The notes: generated from the sequence alone by a model not told the origin. DNA of 31,647 nucleotides from Promethearchaeota archaeon (GCA_048941285.1 JBHLNS010000038.1:1-31647); one strand, 5' to 3'; numbered from the stretch's first letter, positions 17,574 to 27,450 are shown. Numbers and translations are program-made.

Positions 17574-17681
17574 ATGAAAAGAATAGAAAATAATGAAAGA
17601 AAAGAAAATGGATATGGATATTATAAAAATCTTAAAATCAAATTAGATTCCAAATCTGAGAATTTTAAATTATTTTTTTAA
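17574..17681 (+). CDS. Micropeptide 2 (35 aa)
   Basis: GGAGG SD at 17561-17565, then MKRIENNERKENGYGYYKNLKIKLDSKSENFKLFF*. Confidence 0.6.
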   Translation: MKRIENNERKENGYGYYKNLKIKLDSKSENFKLFF

Positions 17682-17704
17682 ATTAAACAGGAGGTTATAA
17701 AAAT

Positions 17705-18388
17705 ATGAAAATATCTGGATCAGGAACCCTTTCAGAGGGAACAATTAATGATGAATTATATGTTTCCGGTTCCGCAAAAATAAAAGGGAATTTTGAATGT
17801 AATGGTTTTCACTCATCTGGTTCTTTGAGAGGGGAAGGAAATTTAACCATTCACGGGGATGTTAAGAGTTCTGGATCGTTCAGGCTCGCAGGCAATCTTT
17901 ACGGAGATGGAGTTCTTAAGTCATCTGGTTCGATGTCAGTTGATGGAGAAGTTTTAATAAAAGGTAAACTCAATAGTTCTGGATCATTTAGAGCTGGAAA
18001 GAAAGTTGAAGCTATTGATGGAATTAGAATTTCAGGCTCAGCAAGAATTCAAGGAGATCTATTGACTCTAGAACATGTAAACATCTCAGGGTCAAGTACT
18101 ATACATGGAAATATTACAGGGACGGATGTGATTCTCGGACGTGAACGGATATTAACTAGAAGTATTTATAAACATCAGAATAAAGTGCATGGAACTATAT
18201 TAGCAAGAAATAACATTGAAATTACCAAAACTTTGGTTGAAGGGGATGTAAAGGGACGAGATATAGTGATTGGTAGGGGAACAGAAATTTTAGGAACAGT
18301 ATATTACGTGGATACTATCGAAGTTCATGAAAAAACAATTTTAGTAAATGAACCTGTTAAAATTTCAGAGAAAGAATTACATTTATAA
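17705..18388 (+). CDS. Polymer-forming cytoskeletal (bactofilin-like, YhbE/YhbF-type) beta-helix protein
   Basis: Regular xSGSxxxxG repeats about every 17-18 aa, C-terminal VEGDVKGRDIVIGRGTEI, and an AGGAGG SD upstream. Confidence 0.85.
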   Translation: MKISGSGTLSEGTINDELYVSGSAKIKGNFECNGFHSSGSLRGEGNLTIHGDVKSSGSFRLAGNLYGDGVLKSSGSMSVDGEVLIKGKLNSSGSFRAGKKVEAIDGIRISGSARIQGDLLTLEHVNISGSSTIHGNITGTDVILGRERILTRSIYKHQNKVHGTILARNNIEITKTLVEGDVKGRDIVIGRGTEILGTVYYVDTIEVHEKTILVNEPVKISEKELHL

Positions 18389-18415
18389 AAAATAATCGTA
18401 TAGGTGGTTAAAATA

Positions 18416-19357
18416 ATGTCTTATAAAAATAATTGGAATGAAAATGAAGACAAAAGAGAAGAAGAAAAAGAAAAGAGTAAAGTCAGCTGGCAATTAAATG
18501 ATATTCGTGATGAGCTTATGTTTGAATTAGAAGATTTATATGATGATTTAAAAGATGATATTGAAGATTTAAAAGATGAAGCTGACGATATAAAAGAAGA
18601 TTTAAGGGATGATTTAGAAGACCTTATGGAAGAACGAGAATCTTTATTAAGAGAAGTTGGAGATTTTAAGGAAGAAGTAGGAGAATATAAAGAAGATGCT
18701 AGGGATAAGATAGCGAATGCTAAAGAAAAGCTTGAGCGTTTAAAAGAAAAAATCGAAGCACACGAAGATAAATTTAATAATAAAGTGAGGAGAAAAGTAG
18801 AAAGAGCAACAAGAAAGGCATCAAGGATAAATATTTCCGTAGACCCTGAGATGAGTGATGAGTGGAGAGACTGGGCAGATGGCTTAGGTGCTTCAGTTTC
18901 AGAATTAGTAAGAAAATCAATGAAATTTGTAAAAAATAATATTGGAGATATCGCAAAATTAGAAATGTTAGGTCGAAACCTTGATAAAATGGGATTAGAT
19001 ATAGAAAAAGCGGTAAAAGACTCAGGTATTGAAGAAATTGGGGGAAAAATTGAGAAAAAGTTCGATAAAAAGTTCGGAAAAAACAAAAGTGAACCTAGAA
19101 TTAAGGTAGTTCTTGATACGGATTCAAAAAAGGAAAGAATTAAGAAAAGAGTAAGTGGTTTAATAAAACTACACAATAGTCTGCCTATTGATAAATTAGC
19201 GCAGGCAATCGAAAAATCTTATGATGATGCTGAGAATTTAATTTATGAATTAGTAGCGGAAGGCATTGAAGGTACGCTTGAAGAAGGAGTATTTAAATTT
19301 ACAGGGACAGCAGAAGATGTTATATCAAAATTAAATGAATTAATAGAAAAAATGTAA
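18416..19357 (+). CDS. Acidic coiled-coil + ribbon-helix-helix + PCI-like winged-helix protein
   Basis: N-terminal D/E/L heptad-like repeats; RINISVDPEMSDEWRDWADGLGASVSELVRKSM (CopG-type RHH); C-terminal LPIDKLAQAI...AENLIYELVAEGIEGTL. GGTGG at 18403-18407 is a likely SD for ATG at 18416. Confidence 0.75.
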   Translation: MSYKNNWNENEDKREEEKEKSKVSWQLNDIRDELMFELEDLYDDLKDDIEDLKDEADDIKEDLRDDLEDLMEERESLLREVGDFKEEVGEYKEDARDKIANAKEKLERLKEKIEAHEDKFNNKVRRKVERATRKASRINISVDPEMSDEWRDWADGLGASVSELVRKSMKFVKNNIGDIAKLEMLGRNLDKMGLDIEKAVKDSGIEEIGGKIEKKFDKKFGKNKSEPRIKVVLDTDSKKERIKKRVSGLIKLHNSLPIDKLAQAIEKSYDDAENLIYELVAEGIEGTLEEGVFKFTGTAEDVISKLNELIEKM

Positions 19358-19360
19358 TAA

Positions 19361-20485
19361 ATGGAGAAATTAAAAATGATTAGTCAATTTTATCAAAAGT
19401 TAGCAAAATTAGCAATTAATTACTCTGTTAGCATTAAGAAAGGTGAAAGAGTATTTATTACTGGTCCAGCATTAGCAAAAGAGCTTTTCCAAGCTATCTA
19501 CATTGAAACCATTAAAGCCGGAGGTCATCCTCTTTTACAAGTAGCAATTGAAGGAATTCAAGAATTAAAGTATAAGTATGCTTCTGATGAACAGCTACTT
19601 TACATGGATCCGATTATCAAAACAATTCTTAAAGAATTTGATGCTTATATCGTAATATTTGGAGATTATAATACACGAAAATTAAGCATGGTGGATCCGA
19701 AATTGATATCAAAAGCAAAAGGATCACCAGCTAATAGAGAACTCTGGGAAATTTTGACAAATAGAATAGGAACGAAAGAATTGAAGTATCTCGTTTTACC
19801 ATTTCCATGTAATTCAATGGCTCAAGAAGCAAATATGGATTTGTTTTCCTATTTTGATTTTATTGAAAAAGCATTATACCTGAATAAAGTGGATCCCGTA
19901 AAAGAATGGTTAGAAATTGAGCGAAAACAAGAGACGGTTTGTAATTATTTAAATAAAATTACTGAAATCCACGTAATCGGGGAAGATACAGATTTATCAA
20001 TGCTAATAAAAGGAAGAACTTGGCAAAACGATTGTGGACGTTTAAATTTACCAGATGGTGAGCTTTGTACAAGTCCTATAGAAGATTCAGTGAATGGTCA
20101 TATTCGATTTACATATCCAGGAATCTATCACGGGAAAGAAATCCAAAATATATATCTGGAATTTAAAAATGGAAAAGTAATAAACTTTTCTGCAGATAAA
20201 GGTGAAGACCTGTTAAAAGAAATATTAAAAATTGAAAATGCAGACATACTTGGTGAATTCGCAATCGGAACTAATTATGGTATAACTAAGTTTACAAAAA
20301 ATATGTTGTTTGATGAAAAAATCGGTGGAACAATTCATTGCGCTCTAGGATCTGGAATCGTAGAGACAGGCTCAAAAAATAAAAGTGGAATTCATTGGGA
20401 TATCTTAAAAGATATGAAATTACCCTCCTCTAAGATTTTAGCTGACGGTAATTTGATTTATGAAGAAGGAAAATGGAAGATTTAG
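19361..20485 (+). CDS. Aminopeptidase, M29 (AmpS/AmpT/PepS) family, paralog 1
   Basis: NLPDGE, GEFA, LFDEK, H and HWD metal-ligand motifs. Confidence 0.93.
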   Translation: MEKLKMISQFYQKLAKLAINYSVSIKKGERVFITGPALAKELFQAIYIETIKAGGHPLLQVAIEGIQELKYKYASDEQLLYMDPIIKTILKEFDAYIVIFGDYNTRKLSMVDPKLISKAKGSPANRELWEILTNRIGTKELKYLVLPFPCNSMAQEANMDLFSYFDFIEKALYLNKVDPVKEWLEIERKQETVCNYLNKITEIHVIGEDTDLSMLIKGRTWQNDCGRLNLPDGELCTSPIEDSVNGHIRFTYPGIYHGKEIQNIYLEFKNGKVINFSADKGEDLLKEILKIENADILGEFAIGTNYGITKFTKNMLFDEKIGGTIHCALGSGIVETGSKNKSGIHWDILKDMKLPSSKILADGNLIYEEGKWKI

Positions 20486-20519
20486 TAATAAAAAATAAAT
20501 AGAGAGGTAAAAATGAAAA

Positions 20520-21629
20520 ATGTTTAATCCAATTTATGAAAAATTTGCCAAACTAGTAGTTAATTATTCACTTGAGATAAAAAAAGGGCAAACGGTCTTT
20601 ATTGGAGGGCCTTCCTTCGCTGAGGAATTATTCCAAGCTTTAAATATAGAGATCATTAAAGCAGGTGCTCATCCGATGGTGGTTCCTGGGTTGGATGGAA
20701 TACGTCCAAGTTTTTTTAAATACGCAACAGAAGAACAGTTGACCTATGTCAGTAAATTTGAAGAGTTATTGTTTAAAGATTTTGATAGATTAATCGAAAT
20801 AAGAGCAGATTATAATACACGTACATATAGTAATATAGATCCTACTAAATTGGCTACTTTTATGAATGTGCCAAAAAGGAAAGAACTAAGAGAAATTCAG
20901 GAACAAAGAACTTCAAGAGGGGAACACAAATGGGTTGTAATTCCCTATCCTTGTAACGCTCATGCTCAAGAAGCAAATATGGATTTATTTTCATATGCAG
21001 ATTTCGTAAAAAAGAGTTTGTTTTTAGATAAAGAAGATCCTGTCGATGAATGGAGAAAAATGCAAGAGAATCAAGATTTAATTATAAAACATCTGAATAA
21101 GGTGAAATATATTCAAGTAATTGGGGAAGATACTGATTTAAGGCTCTCCACAGATAGCCGCAAATGGATAAATTGTAGTGGTAAAAGAAATTTACCTGAT
21201 GGAGAGGTATATACAGGACCAGTCGAAGATTCGGTAAATGGGCATATTAGGTTTACATATCCTGGGATATACATGGGGAAAGAAGTTGAAAATATATATT
21301 TAGAGTTTAAGGATGGGAAAGTAGTAAAATATTCAGCGGAAAAAGGAGAAGATATTCTACAAGAGATATTAAAAGTAGAGAACGCTAATATAATTGGAGA
21401 GTTTGCGGTTGGAACAAATTATGGAATAACAAAATTTACAAAAAATATGTTGTTTGATGAAAAACTTGGTGGAACATTACATTGTGCTTTAGGGCTTGGA
21501 TTTGAATGGACGGGCTCAAAAAATAGATCCTCAATACATTGGGATATTTTAAAAGATATGAAATTACCCAACTCCAAAATTTTGGCTGACGGTAAAGTAA
21601 TTTATGAAGAAGGAAAGTGGAAGTTTTAA
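20520..21629 (+). CDS. Aminopeptidase, M29 family, paralog 2
   Basis: Same motifs; clearly similar to the upstream gene. Confidence 0.93.
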   Translation: MFNPIYEKFAKLVVNYSLEIKKGQTVFIGGPSFAEELFQALNIEIIKAGAHPMVVPGLDGIRPSFFKYATEEQLTYVSKFEELLFKDFDRLIEIRADYNTRTYSNIDPTKLATFMNVPKRKELREIQEQRTSRGEHKWVVIPYPCNAHAQEANMDLFSYADFVKKSLFLDKEDPVDEWRKMQENQDLIIKHLNKVKYIQVIGEDTDLRLSTDSRKWINCSGKRNLPDGEVYTGPVEDSVNGHIRFTYPGIYMGKEVENIYLEFKDGKVVKYSAEKGEDILQEILKVENANIIGEFAVGTNYGITKFTKNMLFDEKLGGTLHCALGLGFEWTGSKNRSSIHWDILKDMKLPNSKILADGKVIYEEGKWKF

Positions 21630-21702
21630 ATTAAATAATAAAAAAGAAAATTTACCAAATATAATAAAAAATAAAAAAAAATAGGAAATTAGGAGAATTA
21701 AA

Positions 21703-22989
21703 ATGGAAATAATAGCTAATAAGGAAACATTCAAGAATTATTTGTTTTTTTGGAGCGGACAATTATTTTCTTTGCTTGGTTCGATGGTAGTATTTTTTGT
21801 GATAACGTTTTGGATTGCTGCTATTTACAATGATCCTGTAATAAGTGCCTTTGCTTCATTTTTATATATATTAATGATGACTATAACCATGCCTTTTGCA
21901 GGTGTCATTGCAGATAGGATTAGTAGGAAGGTGTTAATTATCATTGCAGATTCATTACAAGCATATGTTACGCTCTTATTGATTATAATCTTTTATTTTG
22001 GAATCGCAAATATCGGGATTGTTTACTTATTTATCAGCCTTCGTAGTATATTCCAAGCGTTTCATGTGCCTACTGTTAATGCGATTATTCCAACAATGGT
22101 TCCAAAAGATAAGCTATCAAGAATTAATGGTGTAAACTTTTTATTTACTGGAGTAGTTCAACTTTTAGCACCGTTTATAGGAGCAATTATGTTAGTGTTT
22201 TTATCAGTATTTGCCATTCTTTGGGTGGATGTAATTACATATTTTATCGCATTGATACCCTTATTACTGATAACTATACCCTCTGTAAAGCAAATCGATT
22301 ATACTAAAGAAAGACAAGTAAAAAATTCATTTTTCAAAGAATTTAGACTAGGTCTTAAAACATTGAAAATAATCCCTGGATTAGTGATTATGGTTATTCT
22401 ATCGATGTTATTAAATTTTTTGATCCAACCAGTTAATGCTCTTATGGCTTTATTTATTATGGATGTCCATGGAGGAGGTCCAGGTCATATAGCTTTAGCT
22501 GAGATCATTCTCACATCAGGGATGATTGCTGGGGCGTTACTTACTTCAATTAAGAAGAATTGGAATAATAAACTCAGAGTAATTTTTATGAGTATAATAT
22601 TCGCCTTGATAGGATATATGACATTTGCTATAGCACCTATTGGAAACTATTATATAATGGGTTTAGGAGGGATTATTTTAGGATTTAATTTGCCAATAAT
22701 AAATTCTCTATATCAAACGTTTTTACAAACTACGGTTCCAGCAGATAAAATGGGAAGAGTTTCTTCAATTGATCATACATTATCTTCAGCAATATCACCA
22801 ATGGGGTCCTTAATTGCTGGGCCTTTGGCAGTGTTTTTAGGTATTCCCTCATTGTTTTTCTACAGTGGATTTCTTGGTGTAATATGTACGATTGGTTTTT
22901 GGAGTTTTTCAGGCATTCGTAAAGTAGATATTGACAGTGAAGCTGCACTTAAAGAAATTAACGGAAATATTGAAAAGATCTCAATATAA
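21703..22989 (+). CDS. MFS transporter, DHA3/MefA-like, paralog 1
   Basis: WSGQLFSLLGS, AGVIADRISRK, PTMVPKDKLSRING and VPADKMGRV motifs. Confidence 0.9.
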   Translation: MEIIANKETFKNYLFFWSGQLFSLLGSMVVFFVITFWIAAIYNDPVISAFASFLYILMMTITMPFAGVIADRISRKVLIIIADSLQAYVTLLLIIIFYFGIANIGIVYLFISLRSIFQAFHVPTVNAIIPTMVPKDKLSRINGVNFLFTGVVQLLAPFIGAIMLVFLSVFAILWVDVITYFIALIPLLLITIPSVKQIDYTKERQVKNSFFKEFRLGLKTLKIIPGLVIMVILSMLLNFLIQPVNALMALFIMDVHGGGPGHIALAEIILTSGMIAGALLTSIKKNWNNKLRVIFMSIIFALIGYMTFAIAPIGNYYIMGLGGIILGFNLPIINSLYQTFLQTTVPADKMGRVSSIDHTLSSAISPMGSLIAGPLAVFLGIPSLFFYSGFLGVICTIGFWSFSGIRKVDIDSEAALKEINGNIEKISI

Positions 22990-23025
22990 TTTTTTTCTTT
23001 TTTTTTTTTAAAATGGGTGAGAAAA

Positions 23026-24312
23026 ATGGCTGAAGATTTGGTAAATAATCATACTTTTAAGAATTATATTGTATTTTGGATTGGGCAGCTTTTTTCAGTG
23101 TTAGGATCATCAATTTCACAATTTGCTATAATTTGGTGGATAACAGATACAACCGGAAGCACGACGCTTCTTTCATTAGCAAGTTTTCTTTACGTATTAC
23201 CAATGACAATTGTAGTTGCCTTATCTGGAGTAGTCATTGATAAATGGAATCGAAAGACAATTATCATTATAGTGGATTCACTACAAGCATATGTTATGCT
23301 TTTGGTAATTATAATATTTAATCTTGGAGGAGCTAATCCAATTTTGATAATTGCTATAATGAGTTTATTAGGAATTTTTCAAGGGTTTCATATCCCAACG
23401 GTAAGCGCTATTGTACCGACAATGGTTCCAAAGGAAAAACTAAGTAGAATGAATGGAGTTAACTTTTTCTTTAGAAGTTTTATTCAAATAATAGGTCCAG
23501 TAATTGGTGCTATGTTATTTTCATTTATGCCATTTGAGATCATTCTTTGGATTGATCCACTTACATTTATTATTGCTTTTATACCATTGATATTAATTAA
23601 AATTCCTAAAATTAAAAGAGATAAAGCTACTGTTAAGGAGAATTCATTTCTAGATGATTTTAAAATAGGATTTCGCACATTAAAATCAATTCCTATAGTT
23701 TTAATGATGCTAATTATATCGATGTTTATTAACTTTCTTATAATGCCATTTAATATCTTAATGCCATATTTCATTAGATATAACCACTCGGGAGATCCTT
23801 CAAATTTGGCATTTGTTATAGCTTTTATGAATGGAGGAATGCTCTTAGGTGCTTTTTTAACGTCTATAAAGAAAGAGTGGAAAAATGCTCTTCCTATTTA
23901 CTTCGCACTTGAATTCATTCTAGTAATGAATAGCGGGATTGTAGCTATAACACCATATCGATTGTTTTTAATGATGGGTATTATAGTTAGTATTACCGGA
24001 TTAACAATTCCAATCCTAAATACAATTTATCTAACAATCATGCAATTAAGAGTTCCAGCAGATAAAATGGGAAGATTATCTTCTCTTGATTGGGCAATTT
24101 CATCAGCAATCTCTCCAATTGCCACAATAATCGCAGGACCTTTATCTGATATAATTGGAGTGCAGAATTTGTTTATTTCTTTTTCAATTATAGGAATGAT
24201 GATAACTGTTATTGTATGGTGGATCGCTCATAATCGAATAAATAAGAATAATGGCAAGAAGAAATTTGAAGAATTTAAAAAAGAAAGTGAAATTGTTTCA
24301 CTTGACTCATAG
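23026..24312 (+). CDS. MFS transporter, DHA3/MefA-like, paralog 2
   Basis: WIGQLFSVLGS, GVVIDKWNRK and VPADKMGRL motifs. ATG at 23026 is preferred over GTG at 23017. Confidence 0.9.
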   Translation: MAEDLVNNHTFKNYIVFWIGQLFSVLGSSISQFAIIWWITDTTGSTTLLSLASFLYVLPMTIVVALSGVVIDKWNRKTIIIIVDSLQAYVMLLVIIIFNLGGANPILIIAIMSLLGIFQGFHIPTVSAIVPTMVPKEKLSRMNGVNFFFRSFIQIIGPVIGAMLFSFMPFEIILWIDPLTFIIAFIPLILIKIPKIKRDKATVKENSFLDDFKIGFRTLKSIPIVLMMLIISMFINFLIMPFNILMPYFIRYNHSGDPSNLAFVIAFMNGGMLLGAFLTSIKKEWKNALPIYFALEFILVMNSGIVAITPYRLFLMMGIIVSITGLTIPILNTIYLTIMQLRVPADKMGRLSSLDWAISSAISPIATIIAGPLSDIIGVQNLFISFSIIGMMITVIVWWIAHNRINKNNGKKKFEEFKKESEIVSLDS

Positions 24313-24333
24313 ACATATTTACCACAGTCCTAT

Positions 24334-24840
24334 CTATTCTTTCTTATTTTTACCATTCCTATTAATCCAATTCAATAGATCTTTACTTTTCTTGGGGTAT
24401 AGGTGACTAATGATATCTATTGCGGTTTTTTTCACTTCAGGATCTTTATCTGAAAGAAGGCAACTTTCAAGAATATTGTAGACTTTATTACTCCTAAGTT
24501 CTAAAATTTTAAAAGCGATAATACTTATCTTTCTAATCTCTTTATTCTCACTATTTTCTATGAAATAATTCAACAAATCGATAGCTTCTGACTTAGTTAT
24601 CTGATTTGTTGTGAGGTAATCATAAACTTTAGCTACAGTAAAATCTTTACTCATAAAATCAAGCGCGTCTTGATAAATTGGTTTATCTTGAGAATTAATC
24701 GATTTATCCTTTTTCCTTAAATCAAAGGGACAATCATGATTTTCTGGTAATCTATGCCTATTACAAAAGAGCATACCACAAAATTTACATCTGTATGGGA
24801 TATCTTTTATTTTAATTTCACATAGATAGCAATTTGTCAA
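24334..24840 (-). CDS. AN1-type zinc finger protein with C-terminal HEAT-like repeats
   Basis: CYLC...PYRCKFCGMLFCNRHRLPENHDC is a full AN1 signature; ENKEIRK and LLSDKDPEVKKTAI are HEAT-like. Confidence 0.88.
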   Translation of the reverse strand: MTNCYLCEIKIKDIPYRCKFCGMLFCNRHRLPENHDCPFDLRKKDKSINSQDKPIYQDALDFMSKDFTVAKVYDYLTTNQITKSEAIDLLNYFIENSENKEIRKISIIAFKILELRSNKVYNILESCLLSDKDPEVKKTAIDIISHLYPKKSKDLLNWINRNGKNKKE

Positions 24841-24915
24841 GATGAAGATATCGATCTATAATGTTTTTATTCTAATATTCTGTAGGATATTTTCATTTAA
24901 AACTTCTATAAAAAA

Positions 24916-27321
24916 TTATAATGTATGTTCTAATCTATCAATGATATCGTTTTGAATAGGAATTCCAAGATCTATAAATGTTGCATTATACCCTCCAACT
25001 TTTACTATTAAATCGGGATATTTTTCAGGATGTTTCTGAGCATCCCTTAATGTTTCAGTTGAAACAGCATTTGGCTGTACTTGCATCCCACCCTTATTAA
25101 AATATCCTTTTAATAAAGAATAAAACTTTTCAACATTTTCTTCACTAATAAGATTTTGAGGATGGATTCGGATATTTAATGCAATACCATTTGTGGCATA
25201 CTCATAATTTAATTTGGCAACTGAATTTAAAATGGCTGTGAGACCTTCTTTTTCAACATTATTTACTGGGGATAAACTGTTTGAAATTGCCTCCATTGCT
25301 TTTCTACCATCTGCTGTCGGTTGGGTAAAAAAACCTTCCATCACATGGATTCCCATTGAATAAGCACCTGCACTATATCTCCCACCTCTAACTGGTTTAT
25401 ATTTTGCAACTTCTTTACAAAATAATTTCCATAATTCATTTGCGAATACGTCGATATCTTCCTTATCATTTCCCCATTTTTCATAATTATTTATTAACTT
25501 TTGTCGAAAACTTTCTTTACCCTCGAAATTTGAATTTAATATAACAATAAATTCTGGTAAAGTCAGTAGATTTTCTTCAAAGACAGCCTTTTTGATATTG
25601 TATAATGAATCAACTAATGTAGCAAAACCATAGGCAGTGATGGAAGAAAAATTATATTTTGCACCTCCACAAACATAATCTATACCCTTTTCCATACATC
25701 CTTCTAATGTTGCAGAAATAAATGGGTGTTGCATATATTTCATGGCTTCTTCATCACCCAACTGTGCTATTTTTACCGATTTTTCTATATTAAATCTCAA
25801 TTGCCGTATAAAGCTATTAAAGAATTTCTCATACGTAGTAAAAGTAACAGGATCTCCTGTTTTTAAACCATCAACTTTTTTTGAAAAGTGACTGTAGCCA
25901 TTATTCAAAATTAACTCGAGAATTCCTGGTAGGTTCATAAACATTCGACCAGTAGCAGAAAAACTATTACCTTGACCTGTTGGTTCGACACACCCAATTA
26001 TCACATAATTTCGAGCATCTTTTAATGAATAACCAGCTTTAACTAATGCAGGAATAAGTACATCATCATTATAAAATGCTATACCTGAAGTGGTTTTAAG
26101 AACTCTTATTGCTTCTTTTATAAATTCCTTTGGGGTATTTTTATGAATCCTAACAGATAAATCCGTGGTGAAAACTTTTAGATTTTTATACGCTTCAAGG
26201 AAAAGATAAGATAATTCATTTGTAGTATCCTTTCCCTCAATATCCATACCAGATATTGTTATTGTTTGAGTATTTTGACCTAAAGCATTAGCAACCATAG
26301 TAAAATCTGTAGGTAATAAAGTTAAATTCCAAGTTAATTTGAGATTTAATTCTTCGATTAACTCAAGTGCAAACTGATGGGTTATTTTATTTAATGATAT
26401 ATCTTTTTGATAAAAAGGCCATAAAATCTGATCCAATCTGCCCAACGCGAGAACACTGCGCTGATAAATAATATTTGCAATATTCTGTGAAAACCATATA
26501 TGTTGAATAGCTTCATAAAAAGTATCTGGAGGACTTTCTGTGAACTTTAACATCATTTTACTAGTAACTTCCAGCTCCTCTTTCCTAGCATTGTTTATTT
26601 CATTGTTCGCTAGTTCTGCTGCTAAATTCGAATATCTTTTAGAAAAATCTATAGCTGCCCTATAATAAATCTTAACAGCTTCATAAAAATTATACTTCTC
26701 TTGAAATTGATTTTCTTTTTCATCCAGTTGATCCTGAAAGAACTCCGCTTGGGCAATAATACCTTTATATCCCAATTTCAATAGTTTTTCATATCCAGCG
26801 CATATATGGCCTTCAATAGCTCCTTGATGTATGGCAATATTAGGTACTAACGATTCAATCTTTCCTGTTCCAGTAATTAAACCTTCTTTTAAGAGCCTAA
26901 TATTAATCCTATCCGCAACTAATGATTTCCCTTTCCAGAAAGGAATCATATCTAATAACTCTTCACGTTCGTTATCTTCAATAAAAAAAGGCTGGAGTTT
27001 TCTTCTCGCTAACTTTTTGTACATACTGGGTTTATCTAAGCTATTATCATATCTAAGGAGGTCCAGGTTGATTTTTTCTCCTAAATTTTTGCTTGTTTCA
27101 TTTCCAACTAGTATTTCATCATCCCTGATGAAAATTGTCATATTTTTTAAAGTATGTGCAACTGCTTTAGCTCTTTTAATAATTTCTGGGTCATTGGGAT
27201 ACTTTTTATATATCTCAGTGAAATACCTCATCCTTTCAATACATAATTCATATTTGCAAGATAATAGTTCATTTTTTAATTTGATGGTTCTTTTCGGCGA
27301 ATTTTCAGTAGTTAACATCAA
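24916..27321 (-). CDS. Glycyl-radical enzyme (PFL superfamily, PflD/eliminase-like), substrate unknown
   Basis: DEILVG, GRLDQ, the GCVEP cysteine loop and the C-terminal glycyl loop PDLIVKVGGYNATF. Confidence 0.92.
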   Translation of the reverse strand: MMLTTENSPKRTIKLKNELLSCKYELCIERMRYFTEIYKKYPNDPEIIKRAKAVAHTLKNMTIFIRDDEILVGNETSKNLGEKINLDLLRYDNSLDKPSMYKKLARRKLQPFFIEDNEREELLDMIPFWKGKSLVADRINIRLLKEGLITGTGKIESLVPNIAIHQGAIEGHICAGYEKLLKLGYKGIIAQAEFFQDQLDEKENQFQEKYNFYEAVKIYYRAAIDFSKRYSNLAAELANNEINNARKEELEVTSKMMLKFTESPPDTFYEAIQHIWFSQNIANIIYQRSVLALGRLDQILWPFYQKDISLNKITHQFALELIEELNLKLTWNLTLLPTDFTMVANALGQNTQTITISGMDIEGKDTTNELSYLFLEAYKNLKVFTTDLSVRIHKNTPKEFIKEAIRVLKTTSGIAFYNDDVLIPALVKAGYSLKDARNYVIIGCVEPTGQGNSFSATGRMFMNLPGILELILNNGYSHFSKKVDGLKTGDPVTFTTYEKFFNSFIRQLRFNIEKSVKIAQLGDEEAMKYMQHPFISATLEGCMEKGIDYVCGGAKYNFSSITAYGFATLVDSLYNIKKAVFEENLLTLPEFIVILNSNFEGKESFRQKLINNYEKWGNDKEDIDVFANELWKLFCKEVAKYKPVRGGRYSAGAYSMGIHVMEGFFTQPTADGRKAMEAISNSLSPVNNVEKEGLTAILNSVAKLNYEYATNGIALNIRIHPQNLISEENVEKFYSLLKGYFNKGGMQVQPNAVSTETLRDAQKHPEKYPDLIVKVGGYNATFIDLGIPIQNDIIDRLEHTL

Positions 27322-27450
27322 ATCATCGAAATTTTTTATTAATTAATATTTTTAAAATAATTTGAAAGCTAATTACTATTTATAATTAATCATTCAATAA
27401 AATAATTGAAATTAAATTGTAAAAAAATAAGACTTTTAAAATTTAATCAA

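Noticed and set aside
18421-19176. 251-aa antisense ORF, and other nested antisense or alternate-frame ORFs in the track
   Set aside because: Ser/Phe/Leu-rich mirror of the Glu/Lys/Asp-rich sense gene; all such ORFs lie within better-supported genes.
24916-27321. Calling the GRE pyruvate formate-lyase or an alkyl/benzylsuccinate synthase
   Set aside because: It has no Cys-Cys pair, it has the CxE loop of eliminases, and no small-subunit genes are nearby.
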